From Promethearchaeota archaeon (GTDB lineage: Archaea > Asgardarchaeota > Lokiarchaeia > Sigyniarchaeales > SOKP01), in contig SHMW01000062.1 of NCBI GenBank assembly GCA_008080735.1, positions 1-27,032 on the forward strand: DNA of 27,032 nt. Reading direction: 5' to 3'. The notes beneath the pieces are model-generated. The model was not told the origin of the DNA. It worked only from the letters and a program-made list of their open reading frames with translations, and made no database searches. Position 1 is the stretch's first letter. Every line of letters begins with the position of its first letter. Positions 18,384-27,032 of this stretch are shown piece by piece. The position numbers and the translations under genes are program-made.

Positions 18384-18764
18384 TTAATTGAATGGGACTA
18401 AATAAATTTCCTCGTTCCTTTTTTCTGCTTTTACCAATTCAAACCGTCGAAGGATTGCGAAGATATTTTCAATTTCTTTTTCATTCATCTCAAAGGTATC
18501 AGCAAGTTCATTTTTCTTTGCCCCCTCATGAGATTTAATATAGTTATATATCTCCTTTTGCTCATTGGTAAGGCTTTCCTCACCTGATTTTCCCGTCATT
18601 TCTTCTATAATCTTTGCAGACCTTACCCCCATAGGATCACACGCTTTAAGTTCCATTTTCACATCAATATAACAATCTTCGCATAAAGTTTTTCCCGCAT
18701 GGGTAAAACTATCATCTCTTAGAATTTCCTCTCCACAAACATCACATTTTATAAGTTCACTCAT
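18384..18764 (-). CDS. Zn-finger plus winged-HTH hypothetical protein
   Basis: CDVC...CEDC, then LTNEQKEIYNYIK...KNELADTF...FAILRRFELV. Confidence 0.7.
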   Translation of the reverse strand: MSELIKCDVCGEEILRDDSFTHAGKTLCEDCYIDVKMELKACDPMGVRSAKIIEEMTGKSGEESLTNEQKEIYNYIKSHEGAKKNELADTFEMNEKEIENIFAILRRFELVKAEKRNEEIYLVPFN

Positions 18765-18950
18765 GCTTTCACTTCACTATCTTAATCATATTTTACCTTT
18801 ATACAATGAAATATTGGATTAATTAAAATTATCAAGATTTTAGAATATAGATTATAAATATCTATGTCAATTTTCTCAAAGCAGAAATTATAAATATATC
18901 CTCTTATCAAACTATAAACAGCAATTATTGAATTATGAGGGATAATTAAA

Positions 18951-19838
18951 GTGGTACATATTAAAGAAGAAGGTAAATTTAACGAGAATGCGTATATATT
19001 GGATGCGGAGTTTATGAAAACTGAAAAGACCTGTGCTATATATATTATTGAAAATGAAGGAAAGCGATTGATGTTAGATACAGGAGAATCTTTAAGCGCA
19101 CGACGACTTATGAAAAAAATTAAGAATTTTAATCTCTACCCCATCCACCAAATTCTGTTAACTCACGCCCATTGGGATCATATCCAAGCATTACCTAAAT
19201 TGAAGCGCTTGATGAAGGATACAGATCTCGAAGTCTATGCACATCAAAATGCGATTGATATATTAAAAAACCCAGAACGCATGAACGAGTTTTTTGGGTA
19301 CCAAGTAGACCCGATTGAAAATGTTGTGCCGCTAAAACAAAATGATGTTCTCGATTTAGCCGGATTAAAATTAAAGATTCATGAATTTTTTGGGCACACG
19401 CAAGATTCAATCGGGATTCAGGATTTAAAAAACCGGATAATATTCGTGGGTGATGCCATTATTGATAAAATCGATAAAAATACATTTGTCCCGGTGCTTT
19501 TTGGACCTGATTTTGATGAAAAGAGTCTGTTAAAGACATATAAGAAATTACGTAATATGAGTGATGAGTTAGATGCTATTGCATTAGCTCACTATGGAAT
19601 TTGGAAGGAGGAGGATTTCAATAAGATTATTAATGAAATGGAAGATCTCTACTTTGAAGCGAAAAACCTTCTAATCGAGGCATACAACGACAATCTCTCA
19701 ATTAAAGAGATAACAAGGAAATATCGTGATGAGCTTATTCCTAATTCAGAAATATTTTCGGAAGCAAATATTATGGGATTACAATGGAATATCGAACAAA
19801 ACATTGATACACTAAAAGCAGCTGGATTTATAAACTAG
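18951..19838 (+). CDS. Metallo-beta-lactamase-fold hydrolase
   Basis: LDTG, THAHWDH, GHT, VGDA, LAHYG. Confidence 0.9.
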   Translation: MVHIKEEGKFNENAYILDAEFMKTEKTCAIYIIENEGKRLMLDTGESLSARRLMKKIKNFNLYPIHQILLTHAHWDHIQALPKLKRLMKDTDLEVYAHQNAIDILKNPERMNEFFGYQVDPIENVVPLKQNDVLDLAGLKLKIHEFFGHTQDSIGIQDLKNRIIFVGDAIIDKIDKNTFVPVLFGPDFDEKSLLKTYKKLRNMSDELDAIALAHYGIWKEEDFNKIINEMEDLYFEAKNLLIEAYNDNLSIKEITRKYRDELIPNSEIFSEANIMGLQWNIEQNIDTLKAAGFIN

Positions 19839-19857
19839 AATTGAATATTGAAATGAT

Positions 19858-22107
19858 CTAAAATGGATTTTGGGGAATTAGGAGAATAAATTTTGAGCCT
19901 TGTGAGTAATCTCCTTTAACTCTATCTTCTACACTGATTTTCCCACGAAAGCTCTCAACTATTTTTCCCACTAAGGTTAAACCTAACCCTGTCCCTCCTA
20001 TTTTTCCATCCTCATCATATCCTCTTCTAAATATCTTTTCTTTGATCTCATCTTTCACACCCCTTCCATTATCGAGAAAAATTACCTCCACATAGTGTGT
20101 GTCAATTTTTTCTATTTTAGATACCTTGATTTGGATATCAATAAAATCGTTTTTATTATGGATAATAGCATTTTCTAGGATATTTTGATACACATCATAT
20201 AGATATTCGTTTGTGTAAGCAAATATTTCATTCTTATAGGGATTGAGTTTAATATTAATTTCATGAGATGAAAAGCGTCTTTTAATTTCTTCTATAACAA
20301 TTCGTAATGGTGTGAGAATATTTTTTTTGAGATTTTCGAAGGTCTGTTTTTCTAATTTAGATAATTTCCTAACATTAGATACGAGATTTGAGCCTCGAGA
20401 AATTTGATCTTCAATCAATTTAAAATTTTGGAGTATATCATGAGAAACCTTAGAATTGCGAAGAAAAATTTCATTTAATTCATTTGCAGAAAGAATATTT
20501 TGGAAGATATTATTGATATCATGTGCGAATAAATCTTTATAAAACTCCGCTCGCTGATATGCATAACGATATTTCACTTCTGATTCTTTTAAATTAAATT
20601 GTGCATTCACTCGTTTAGTAATATCCTTTAGATGTCCGATCATATTAATTGTATTCCCTATATTATCTTTCAGAGGGAAGATGCTAAGATCTAACCACCC
20701 AACTTGGTTATTCTTTTTTATCAGAGGAACTATATTTCCTCCACCTTTACCCATATCCTTTTTTATAATAATTGGACACCAAGGACATGGACTATCTCTG
20801 TTTTGAATAACATTATAGCATTTATTTCCTTGAATATTTTCTGTAATTTCAAATAATTCTTTAAATCCTGCATTAACCCGAATAAGGTTATAATTAGGGT
20901 CAAGAATATATATGCAGTCTCGAATAGCATTAAAAACACTTTGAAGAAATTTCTCATTTAATCTTAGTTTTTCTTGAATCAGTTTCTGTTCCGTGACATC
21001 TCTGACAATTGCTTGAATGAGCATTTTATCATTAAATTCTATCTTACTTAGGCTAATTTCCGCATCAAACTTAGTTCCATCCTTTTTTGTATGGAGCCAA
21101 TAAAATCTCTGTTTTTCGCCATTTAAAGCATTTTTAAGATAATTAAGTGCCTTTTCTTTTGAGTTTTGACCATCAAGTTGAATTTGCGGAGAAAATTTCC
21201 ATGGTGGATATCCAATTATCTCATTTTTGTTTGAGCAACCATAGATTTCGACCGCTCGTTCATTACATTCCAAGAACATATTTAGATTCATAATAATTAT
21301 TCCGTCATTAGCACCCTCAAACAACATCCTATATTTAATTTCGGATTCTTTTAGTGAATCTTCAATCTGTTTTCTTTCCGTAATATCAGAGGTAAGGACA
21401 TAAACATCCCTTTTATTATCTATAGTGCGACTATAAGAATACTTATTTTGTATATACCTTTTTGTTCCATCCTTTTGTCGAATCCAAAATCTCAGTGATT
21501 CTATTTCTCTTGTTTTTGCATCCACTTCTTTCTGTATTTTTCGTAATCGCTCTTTTTCCTCTTTAACCGCGAGTTCTATGCCTGTTAGATTTTCTAATTC
21601 ATTTTTTGGATAGCCAAAAATTTCGCATACCCTATTATTGAGGTATACTATCTTCCCGTCTTCTATTATAGTTAATCCTTCATTGATATTTTCTGCCATA
21701 CGTTTAAATTTCTTATCACTTTCACCGATTATATCTAATTCCCTTTTTTCTGGGGAAATTATTTTTCCAATGCAAATTACATTATTTGGATCCTTCTTTC
21801 TTCCTCTGAAGATATACATATCGATGAAGATTTTGGTGTTGTCTCTGCTCCGAATAGGAAGAGAGAAGAATCTTTCTTTCGCTCTTATGATCTCCTCCAA
21901 TATCTGATTTGCTCTTTCTTTACTTTTTATATAAACAAATTCTGAGAATTTTTTTCCAATCAAATCTTCTTCCGTATAGCCTAGCTGAGTTTTTATTATA
22001 GAATTTGTGAAAATAATATATCCCGTCTCATCAAGTATAAAGACCAATTCGCTAATAGAATTTAAAATCTCTATAAGATGATTCTCTTGATTGGAGATTA
22101 TTGGCAT
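19858..22107 (-). CDS. Multi-PAS (4 domains) soluble histidine kinase
   Basis: Repeated PAS/PAC ends (SDITERK, RDVTEQK, KDITKR); H-box DLFAHDINNIF; NILENAI, DNGRG, GTGLGL. Confidence 0.93.
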   Translation of the reverse strand: MPIISNQENHLIEILNSISELVFILDETGYIIFTNSIIKTQLGYTEEDLIGKKFSEFVYIKSKERANQILEEIIRAKERFFSLPIRSRDNTKIFIDMYIFRGRKKDPNNVICIGKIISPEKRELDIIGESDKKFKRMAENINEGLTIIEDGKIVYLNNRVCEIFGYPKNELENLTGIELAVKEEKERLRKIQKEVDAKTREIESLRFWIRQKDGTKRYIQNKYSYSRTIDNKRDVYVLTSDITERKQIEDSLKESEIKYRMLFEGANDGIIIMNLNMFLECNERAVEIYGCSNKNEIIGYPPWKFSPQIQLDGQNSKEKALNYLKNALNGEKQRFYWLHTKKDGTKFDAEISLSKIEFNDKMLIQAIVRDVTEQKLIQEKLRLNEKFLQSVFNAIRDCIYILDPNYNLIRVNAGFKELFEITENIQGNKCYNVIQNRDSPCPWCPIIIKKDMGKGGGNIVPLIKKNNQVGWLDLSIFPLKDNIGNTINMIGHLKDITKRVNAQFNLKESEVKYRYAYQRAEFYKDLFAHDINNIFQNILSANELNEIFLRNSKVSHDILQNFKLIEDQISRGSNLVSNVRKLSKLEKQTFENLKKNILTPLRIVIEEIKRRFSSHEINIKLNPYKNEIFAYTNEYLYDVYQNILENAIIHNKNDFIDIQIKVSKIEKIDTHYVEVIFLDNGRGVKDEIKEKIFRRGYDEDGKIGGTGLGLTLVGKIVESFRGKISVEDRVKGDYSQGSKFILLIPQNPF

Positions 22108-22350
22108 TTGATCCCACTATTTTTTTTGATCTAGAGATAATCCAATATAGGAATGGAAAGTTCTCTAATCATTGTCTAAAAAGATTAATTAAATGATAAA
22201 GAAATGAATTTTTATATTTTTCGATAATAATTTAGACAATCTTGTATATAACCTAACCACAAAAATAATTTTTGTAATTTCTATAAAATTAATCCAGAAA
22301 ATAAAAATGAATATAGATTATATTGATAAATATAAAGTGTAGTAAGAAAT

Positions 22351-23430
22351 TTAAAAAATATTAGCCTCTTGGATCTTTTCTTCTTGCTGAATTTCAGCTT
22401 CAGCCTTTAATTTCTTCTTTTTACGTTTAATCATTTCGACAAAAGATTCTATACGTGTAAGCATTCCTGCTTCTCCGCTATGTTCATCCATAATTAATGC
22501 GAGATAGGGAATTCCAACTACTTTCATATCTCTCATGATCAATTCTGAGATTATGCTATCGGGTCCACACGCAAAGCTTATCAAAAATATGATCCCATCA
22601 ATTTCCTCTCGTCCTTTAGTCATAAAATGTCTACAGACTTGCATTATCTCTTCTTCGTGTCGCCAGTAATTTTTTAATTTTTTATTGACCACAACAGGGA
22701 TATTATAAATTGATTCGGGCAGATTTTCTTTGGTGAGAACTTCTACATCTCGTTCCCTCAATTTTTTCTGGAAATCTAAATTAATATAGGTGTCAAATAA
22801 GTTATATTCATGCCCAATCAATAATAACCGAAGTTCTCCATCAATTTGACGTTTAGGTAATTTAAATGGCTTTCCCATGCGAACTAATTTTAAGGCATGA
22901 TTAACGGGCGCTCCTTTTCTGAGAAACTTTTTATATTTATGAAAATATTGTCGGGCGTGTTCATAGGCCTCCAAGGATTTTGAACGACCTACACCTAATT
23001 GTTTTCCGAGGTCTATTGCAGCTATATTCACAGGAAATTCTTTTACATTCACTTCAAAATGCAATATTTTGGGGACATCTGGTAAGATTTTTACAACATC
23101 CGGAAGAGAGAGGAATTTTGGACAAAAAAACGCTTCATTTACTTCAGAGACATATCGTGGCACAAAAATAAAGTCCAGATCTGGATAGTGTTCGATCAAA
23201 TGCATGACATGGCCATAATATATCTTCATTGGAATACATAATTCTCCAAAACCATGCTGTACTCCAACGGTGACAATTTTTTTATTAGTGGGGGGACTTA
23301 AAACGATTTCTGCCCCGAGTTCTTCCAATATTTTTTTCCAGAAGGGAAAATATCTATAATAATGGAGCGCGCGTGGTATCCCAACCTTTGGTTTCTTTTT
23401 TTGACTGCTCTTCCCAGCTTCCGTATTCAT
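22351..23430 (-). CDS. DUF2229 (COG3580) acyl-CoA dehydratase/activase-related Fe-S subunit
   Basis: KVGIPRAL, ELCIPMKIYYGHV, FFCPKF, SFACGPDS, DEHSGEAGMLTRIESF. Confidence 0.88.
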   Translation of the reverse strand: MNTEAGKSSQKKKPKVGIPRALHYYRYFPFWKKILEELGAEIVLSPPTNKKIVTVGVQHGFGELCIPMKIYYGHVMHLIEHYPDLDFIFVPRYVSEVNEAFFCPKFLSLPDVVKILPDVPKILHFEVNVKEFPVNIAAIDLGKQLGVGRSKSLEAYEHARQYFHKYKKFLRKGAPVNHALKLVRMGKPFKLPKRQIDGELRLLLIGHEYNLFDTYINLDFQKKLRERDVEVLTKENLPESIYNIPVVVNKKLKNYWRHEEEIMQVCRHFMTKGREEIDGIIFLISFACGPDSIISELIMRDMKVVGIPYLALIMDEHSGEAGMLTRIESFVEMIKRKKKKLKAEAEIQQEEKIQEANIF

Positions 23431-23447
23431 AATATTTGCCTCAATAA

Positions 23448-25160
23448 TTATGCATTAGGTTTATCATAGACCAATAGATCTTTTATTCTAGCCATTAGAT
23501 TATTGGTAAGACGTTTTAATTCATCATAGTCTGGCATGGGTTTATCAAAGTACTTGGAATGTTCCATAAAGGGTTCGCCTGCTTTAAACGTCTGACCGTG
23601 ACCGAAATATAAGGATTTTGCGTGTTTAGGATAGGTATTTTCAGTGCCGGTGATGCCAACTGGAATTATGGGTACCTTTGCTTCGATCGCTAATCTCATA
23701 GCACCAGTATGACCTTCAAGGACCTCGCCACCACCACTCGAAGTTGTCCCTTCGGGATATATCATTACTATTTTATCTTCTTCTAATAATCCTTTAGCGT
23801 AATTATAGCAAGGAATGTCGCTTTCTCCTCTTTTTAAAGGAAAGGCATGATGAGTACGTACCCATGCGTTCACGATGGGTATTTGGAATAATGATTGTTT
23901 AGACATCTGCCAAAGCATACGCTTTTTTGAAATTTCAAGCGCATAAGCATTCATAATAACATCCCATTCAGAGTTATGGTTTGAACAAATAATTGCTCCG
24001 CCCTCACTTGGAACGTTCTCTTCATATCCCATGACTTTAATCGGCGCAAAATTATCGACTATAAACTTAACAGCCGGATAAGTAAGTCCGTGTTGTATTA
24101 ATTTTTGAAATTCATATCGGAGTCCAAACTCATCTAAAGTTTTTAGAAAGGTTATCCAGGCATCATCAATTGATTGTAGGAAAAAGTTTTGAAGGTATTT
24201 TAGCCAATATTTGAAACCTTTTTCTTTTTCCGTTTTTTTCGTATCTTCTGGTGAGCCAATAGATAATTCTTCTGACGGTGTTTTTTGTTTGATCCTTCTT
24301 TTCGAGAAATTTACGTTTCCCTCTTTTAAATCAATTACCTTTTGTTGAAGCTCATCTGATAATTTTCTTGCTATTTCTGGAGTTAAGCGTCCTTTATATT
24401 CATCATAATAGATAGGTTTTCCAACTCTACAGCGAACTTGTACTGGTTTACCAATAAGTTTTCCTTTTGGCAAAGCATCTGCGGATCCCAAGATCGCAAC
24501 AGGAACTATTGGTACATTATTTTCAACTGCTAAACGTACTGCACCCGTTTTAAATTCACCTATGCTTCCATCCATACTTCTGGTGGCTTCAGGAAAAATT
24601 CCCACCCATTCTCCCATTTCAAGCTTTTTTTTAGCATATTCCCATGCTTTTCTCACATCTTCCTTATTTCCTCGTTCTCCGAGAGAAAAAGCACTGAGAT
24701 TTTTAAATAGAGTGCGAACGATCGGAGTTTTAAAATTCTCTGGTTTGCTCATATAATTGATTTTATGGTTACATGTTCCACCGACAAAGAAAGGGTCAAG
24801 ATGGCTCTCATGATTACTTACCACAATCCCCCCACCATATTCGGGGAAAAGCTCTCCATCTTCATAAACTGCTTCATATCGCCAAATTGCTCTCATCGCC
24901 CATTTGACATAGATATTCGCAGCCCACCATTGTAAGCGCTGTTCTTTATCTGTCAATTCTAGCATATCTATGATTTTATGATAAAAATCATTGATTGGAT
25001 CGATTGGGTTATATTTTAGGATTTTATAAAGGGTATTTTGATGGGGCTTTTTCCATTTTAACTCTTCTGCTTTTGAGCCCTCTTCAGCTTCCCATTCACC
25101 AATAGTTTTTTGCTTGATTTCATCTACTTCTTTTTCTAACTCGCTTTTACTCGTTACCAT
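23448..25160 (-). CDS. plsC: Tandem two-domain glycerol-phosphate/lysophospholipid acyltransferase (PlsC family)
   Basis: Domain 1 has SNHESHLD and FPEATRS; domain 2 has SNHNSEWD and YPEGTTS. Confidence 0.9.
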   Translation of the reverse strand: MVTSKSELEKEVDEIKQKTIGEWEAEEGSKAEELKWKKPHQNTLYKILKYNPIDPINDFYHKIIDMLELTDKEQRLQWWAANIYVKWAMRAIWRYEAVYEDGELFPEYGGGIVVSNHESHLDPFFVGGTCNHKINYMSKPENFKTPIVRTLFKNLSAFSLGERGNKEDVRKAWEYAKKKLEMGEWVGIFPEATRSMDGSIGEFKTGAVRLAVENNVPIVPVAILGSADALPKGKLIGKPVQVRCRVGKPIYYDEYKGRLTPEIARKLSDELQQKVIDLKEGNVNFSKRRIKQKTPSEELSIGSPEDTKKTEKEKGFKYWLKYLQNFFLQSIDDAWITFLKTLDEFGLRYEFQKLIQHGLTYPAVKFIVDNFAPIKVMGYEENVPSEGGAIICSNHNSEWDVIMNAYALEISKKRMLWQMSKQSLFQIPIVNAWVRTHHAFPLKRGESDIPCYNYAKGLLEEDKIVMIYPEGTTSSGGGEVLEGHTGAMRLAIEAKVPIIPVGITGTENTYPKHAKSLYFGHGQTFKAGEPFMEHSKYFDKPMPDYDELKRLTNNLMARIKDLLVYDKPNA

Positions 25161-25175
25161 ATTAATATCAACTCC

Positions 25176-25964
25176 TTATGTTTTTACTTCTAAGGATTCT
25201 TGAGCCTTAGATTCTGTATCTTTTTCATATTTTATTCCAAAAATATCCATTAATTCATATAAAGATTCAACAATCACATCAGGTCGATAATCAATTAAGA
25301 GTTCTTTATTGCTAATTCCACTGGCTATTGCGATTGACCAAATACCGGCTTCTTGTGCAACTTCTACGTCTGTAGGCATATCTCCTATCATGACGAATTC
25401 ATTTGAATTGAGCGGAGAATATTGGCTTAAAACTGGTTGTAAAGCAACGGGATTGGGTTTTAAAGCAGGTAAGTCATCAGCACCATAGATTGCTTCAAAA
25501 TATTCACCTAATTTTTTCTCTTCTCTGTGATGTTTCAAATTTTTCGATTGATTATGCGACACCACATAAAGATCATATTTATTATTGAGCTCTTTAAGTA
25601 AATCTTTCGCCCCAGAAAGTAAAGGTGCATCTTTTTCATATTCAAGATACCGAGTAAAAATTTTTGTCGCAATCCGCAATTTTTTAAAATATGTAAGATG
25701 ACTCAATGTGGGAATGAATTTAAAGATATCATGAGACTCTAAGATTATCTTTGGAAGGGGATAACCTTGAACGGACTCCAATACTGATCCAATCTCTTTC
25801 TTCGTTTGAGAGAAATCCACATCTAATTTGTACTCTTCAAAGGTTTCCTTGAGCGCGCGTTCTAGCGGCTCGCTAATATCAAGTAAAGTTCCGTCAAAAT
25901 CGAATATCAATGCGCGTAAACTATTCGACTTGAGCCAGTTTTGGAACTTATTGTCTTCACTCAT
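25176..25964 (-). CDS. HAD-superfamily phosphatase
   Basis: Motif I FDFDGTL, motif II VVSH, motif III KP, motif IV GDMPTD; ends 15 nt before plsC, which has an upstream GGAG. Confidence 0.9.
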   Translation of the reverse strand: MSEDNKFQNWLKSNSLRALIFDFDGTLLDISEPLERALKETFEEYKLDVDFSQTKKEIGSVLESVQGYPLPKIILESHDIFKFIPTLSHLTYFKKLRIATKIFTRYLEYEKDAPLLSGAKDLLKELNNKYDLYVVSHNQSKNLKHHREEKKLGEYFEAIYGADDLPALKPNPVALQPVLSQYSPLNSNEFVMIGDMPTDVEVAQEAGIWSIAIASGISNKELLIDYRPDVIVESLYELMDIFGIKYEKDTESKAQESLEVKT

Positions 25965-26208
25965 AATTCCTACTCTGTTTTAGATTATAATAATTTATGA
26001 ATCTATTTTTGGAATAATCTATTATTTTTTAGTTAAAAGATTGTTTGATTAATAAGTTTTATTCGTACTTCTTTAAAAGGATTTTAAAACAGATCATAAT
26101 ATTATTGAAATTATGTATAAATAGAACCCCATACTCATTAAGTTAGTATAGATATAAGCGCAGCGGAAAATAAAAAAAGAAAGAGATTTATTTAGTTTTT
26201 TTAGAATT

Positions 26209-26919
26209 TTAAGGTTTTAGCCCTAGATAGAGTAAAATTCCAGTAATAACTACTGTTATTCTCACGAATGGGAGTGCAGGTCCTGGCGGAATTAGAGTAT
26301 CAAATACAGCAGCTATCGGAAAGATAATAAATCCCAAGGCTAAAAAGATGAATTTTTTTCTCAAGATTCCCGTACTTTCTCGAGCTTTTTGAATTGAGCC
26401 GAACCCATTAAAGATAACTACAAAGATAAGAATTATTGCTAATGCATAAAACGAGAAAAATAATGGATTGAATGATGTATCAATTATGTTCTTTGCTCCT
26501 ATCTCATATTCAAACGTTTGTCCTTCAAATGGAAAAAATATCAACCCAATTTCGAAAATAATACCAACTATACCAATAAAGATCAGAATCGCTTTTTTTT
26601 TATTAGGTGCTATTAATTCCGTCCCGATAAGCATTGCAATAAAGATTGCAGGCGCAACCCATAAATAACTCAAATATGCATAAATTTCCTGAGGGGAAAT
26701 ATTCGCCCCGGTAAAGAGAAGCATCAAAAAATCAGTTGATGGTCCTAACCAGAGTAAACCGATAAATATAATCATAATACCTGCATATTGCAATAACTTA
26801 GCTTTAAGTCTAATTCCCTTTATCAAAATATATACTCCAATTAATACACTAGTTATCAATACCCCTAATGCTGACGTTCCATTTAATAAACCTTCGAATC
26901 CAACATCTTCGAATGCCAT
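26209..26919 (-). CDS. Stand-alone 7TM membrane protein
   Basis: 236 aa, about 7 hydrophobic segments and no soluble domain. Confidence 0.75.
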   Translation of the reverse strand: MAFEDVGFEGLLNGTSALGVLITSVLIGVYILIKGIRLKAKLLQYAGIMIIFIGLLWLGPSTDFLMLLFTGANISPQEIYAYLSYLWVAPAIFIAMLIGTELIAPNKKKAILIFIGIVGIIFEIGLIFFPFEGQTFEYEIGAKNIIDTSFNPLFFSFYALAIILIFVVIFNGFGSIQKARESTGILRKKFIFLALGFIIFPIAAVFDTLIPPGPALPFVRITVVITGILLYLGLKP

Positions 26920-27032
26920 AGAATCACTTTTCTTTATTTTTAAATTTAGACTAATTTTTTATTAATATAAAATGAGGTGTTAGATACTAATAAATGTTAA
27001 TGATATGCATTCAAAACTCCCTACAAAGAATC

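Noticed and set aside
952-26668. Short overlapping ORFs in the track (e.g. 952-1197, 3121-3396, 5372-5593, 9210-9407, 10703-10918, 12655-12966, 16040-16273, 17648-17950, 21638-21907, 26468-26668)
   Set aside because: They are antisense or alternate-frame shadows of well-supported genes and have no recognisable motifs.
26209-26919. Rhodopsin call for the 7TM proteins
   Set aside because: No retinal-binding Lys motif was seen in the middle of helix 7.

Overview
AT-rich archaeal chromosomal window that looks like Lokiarchaeia (Asgard). This is an inference from Rab-like GTPases, 7TM-longin fusions and histidine kinases with the 'DLFxHDxNNIF' H-box. No rRNA, tRNA or CRISPR array was seen. The main signal is a co-oriented set of minus-strand genes between 9.3 and 26 kb that could make or modify bacterial-type lipids: HAD phosphatase, tandem two-domain PlsC acyltransferase, a DUF2229 Fe-S subunit, a 2-hydroxyacyl-CoA-dehydratase-like subunit, an ATP-dependent [4Fe-4S] activase and a degenerate PlsC. 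The three Fe-S genes match, in split form, the domain inventory of the bacterial plasmalogen synthase PlsA/PlsR and glycerol ester reductase family. Features missed by the ORF track are: three tandem 56-59 aa ribbon-helix-helix paralogs (3.7-4.75 kb) with operator-like repeats; a 1.1 kb IS200/IS605 scar with two inward-facing hairpin ends, tnpA and tnpB remnants and a 5'-truncated GNAT gene; and the P-loop half of a Rab-like GTPase that has no canonical in-frame start codon. All functional calls come from reading motifs by eye, without database searches.
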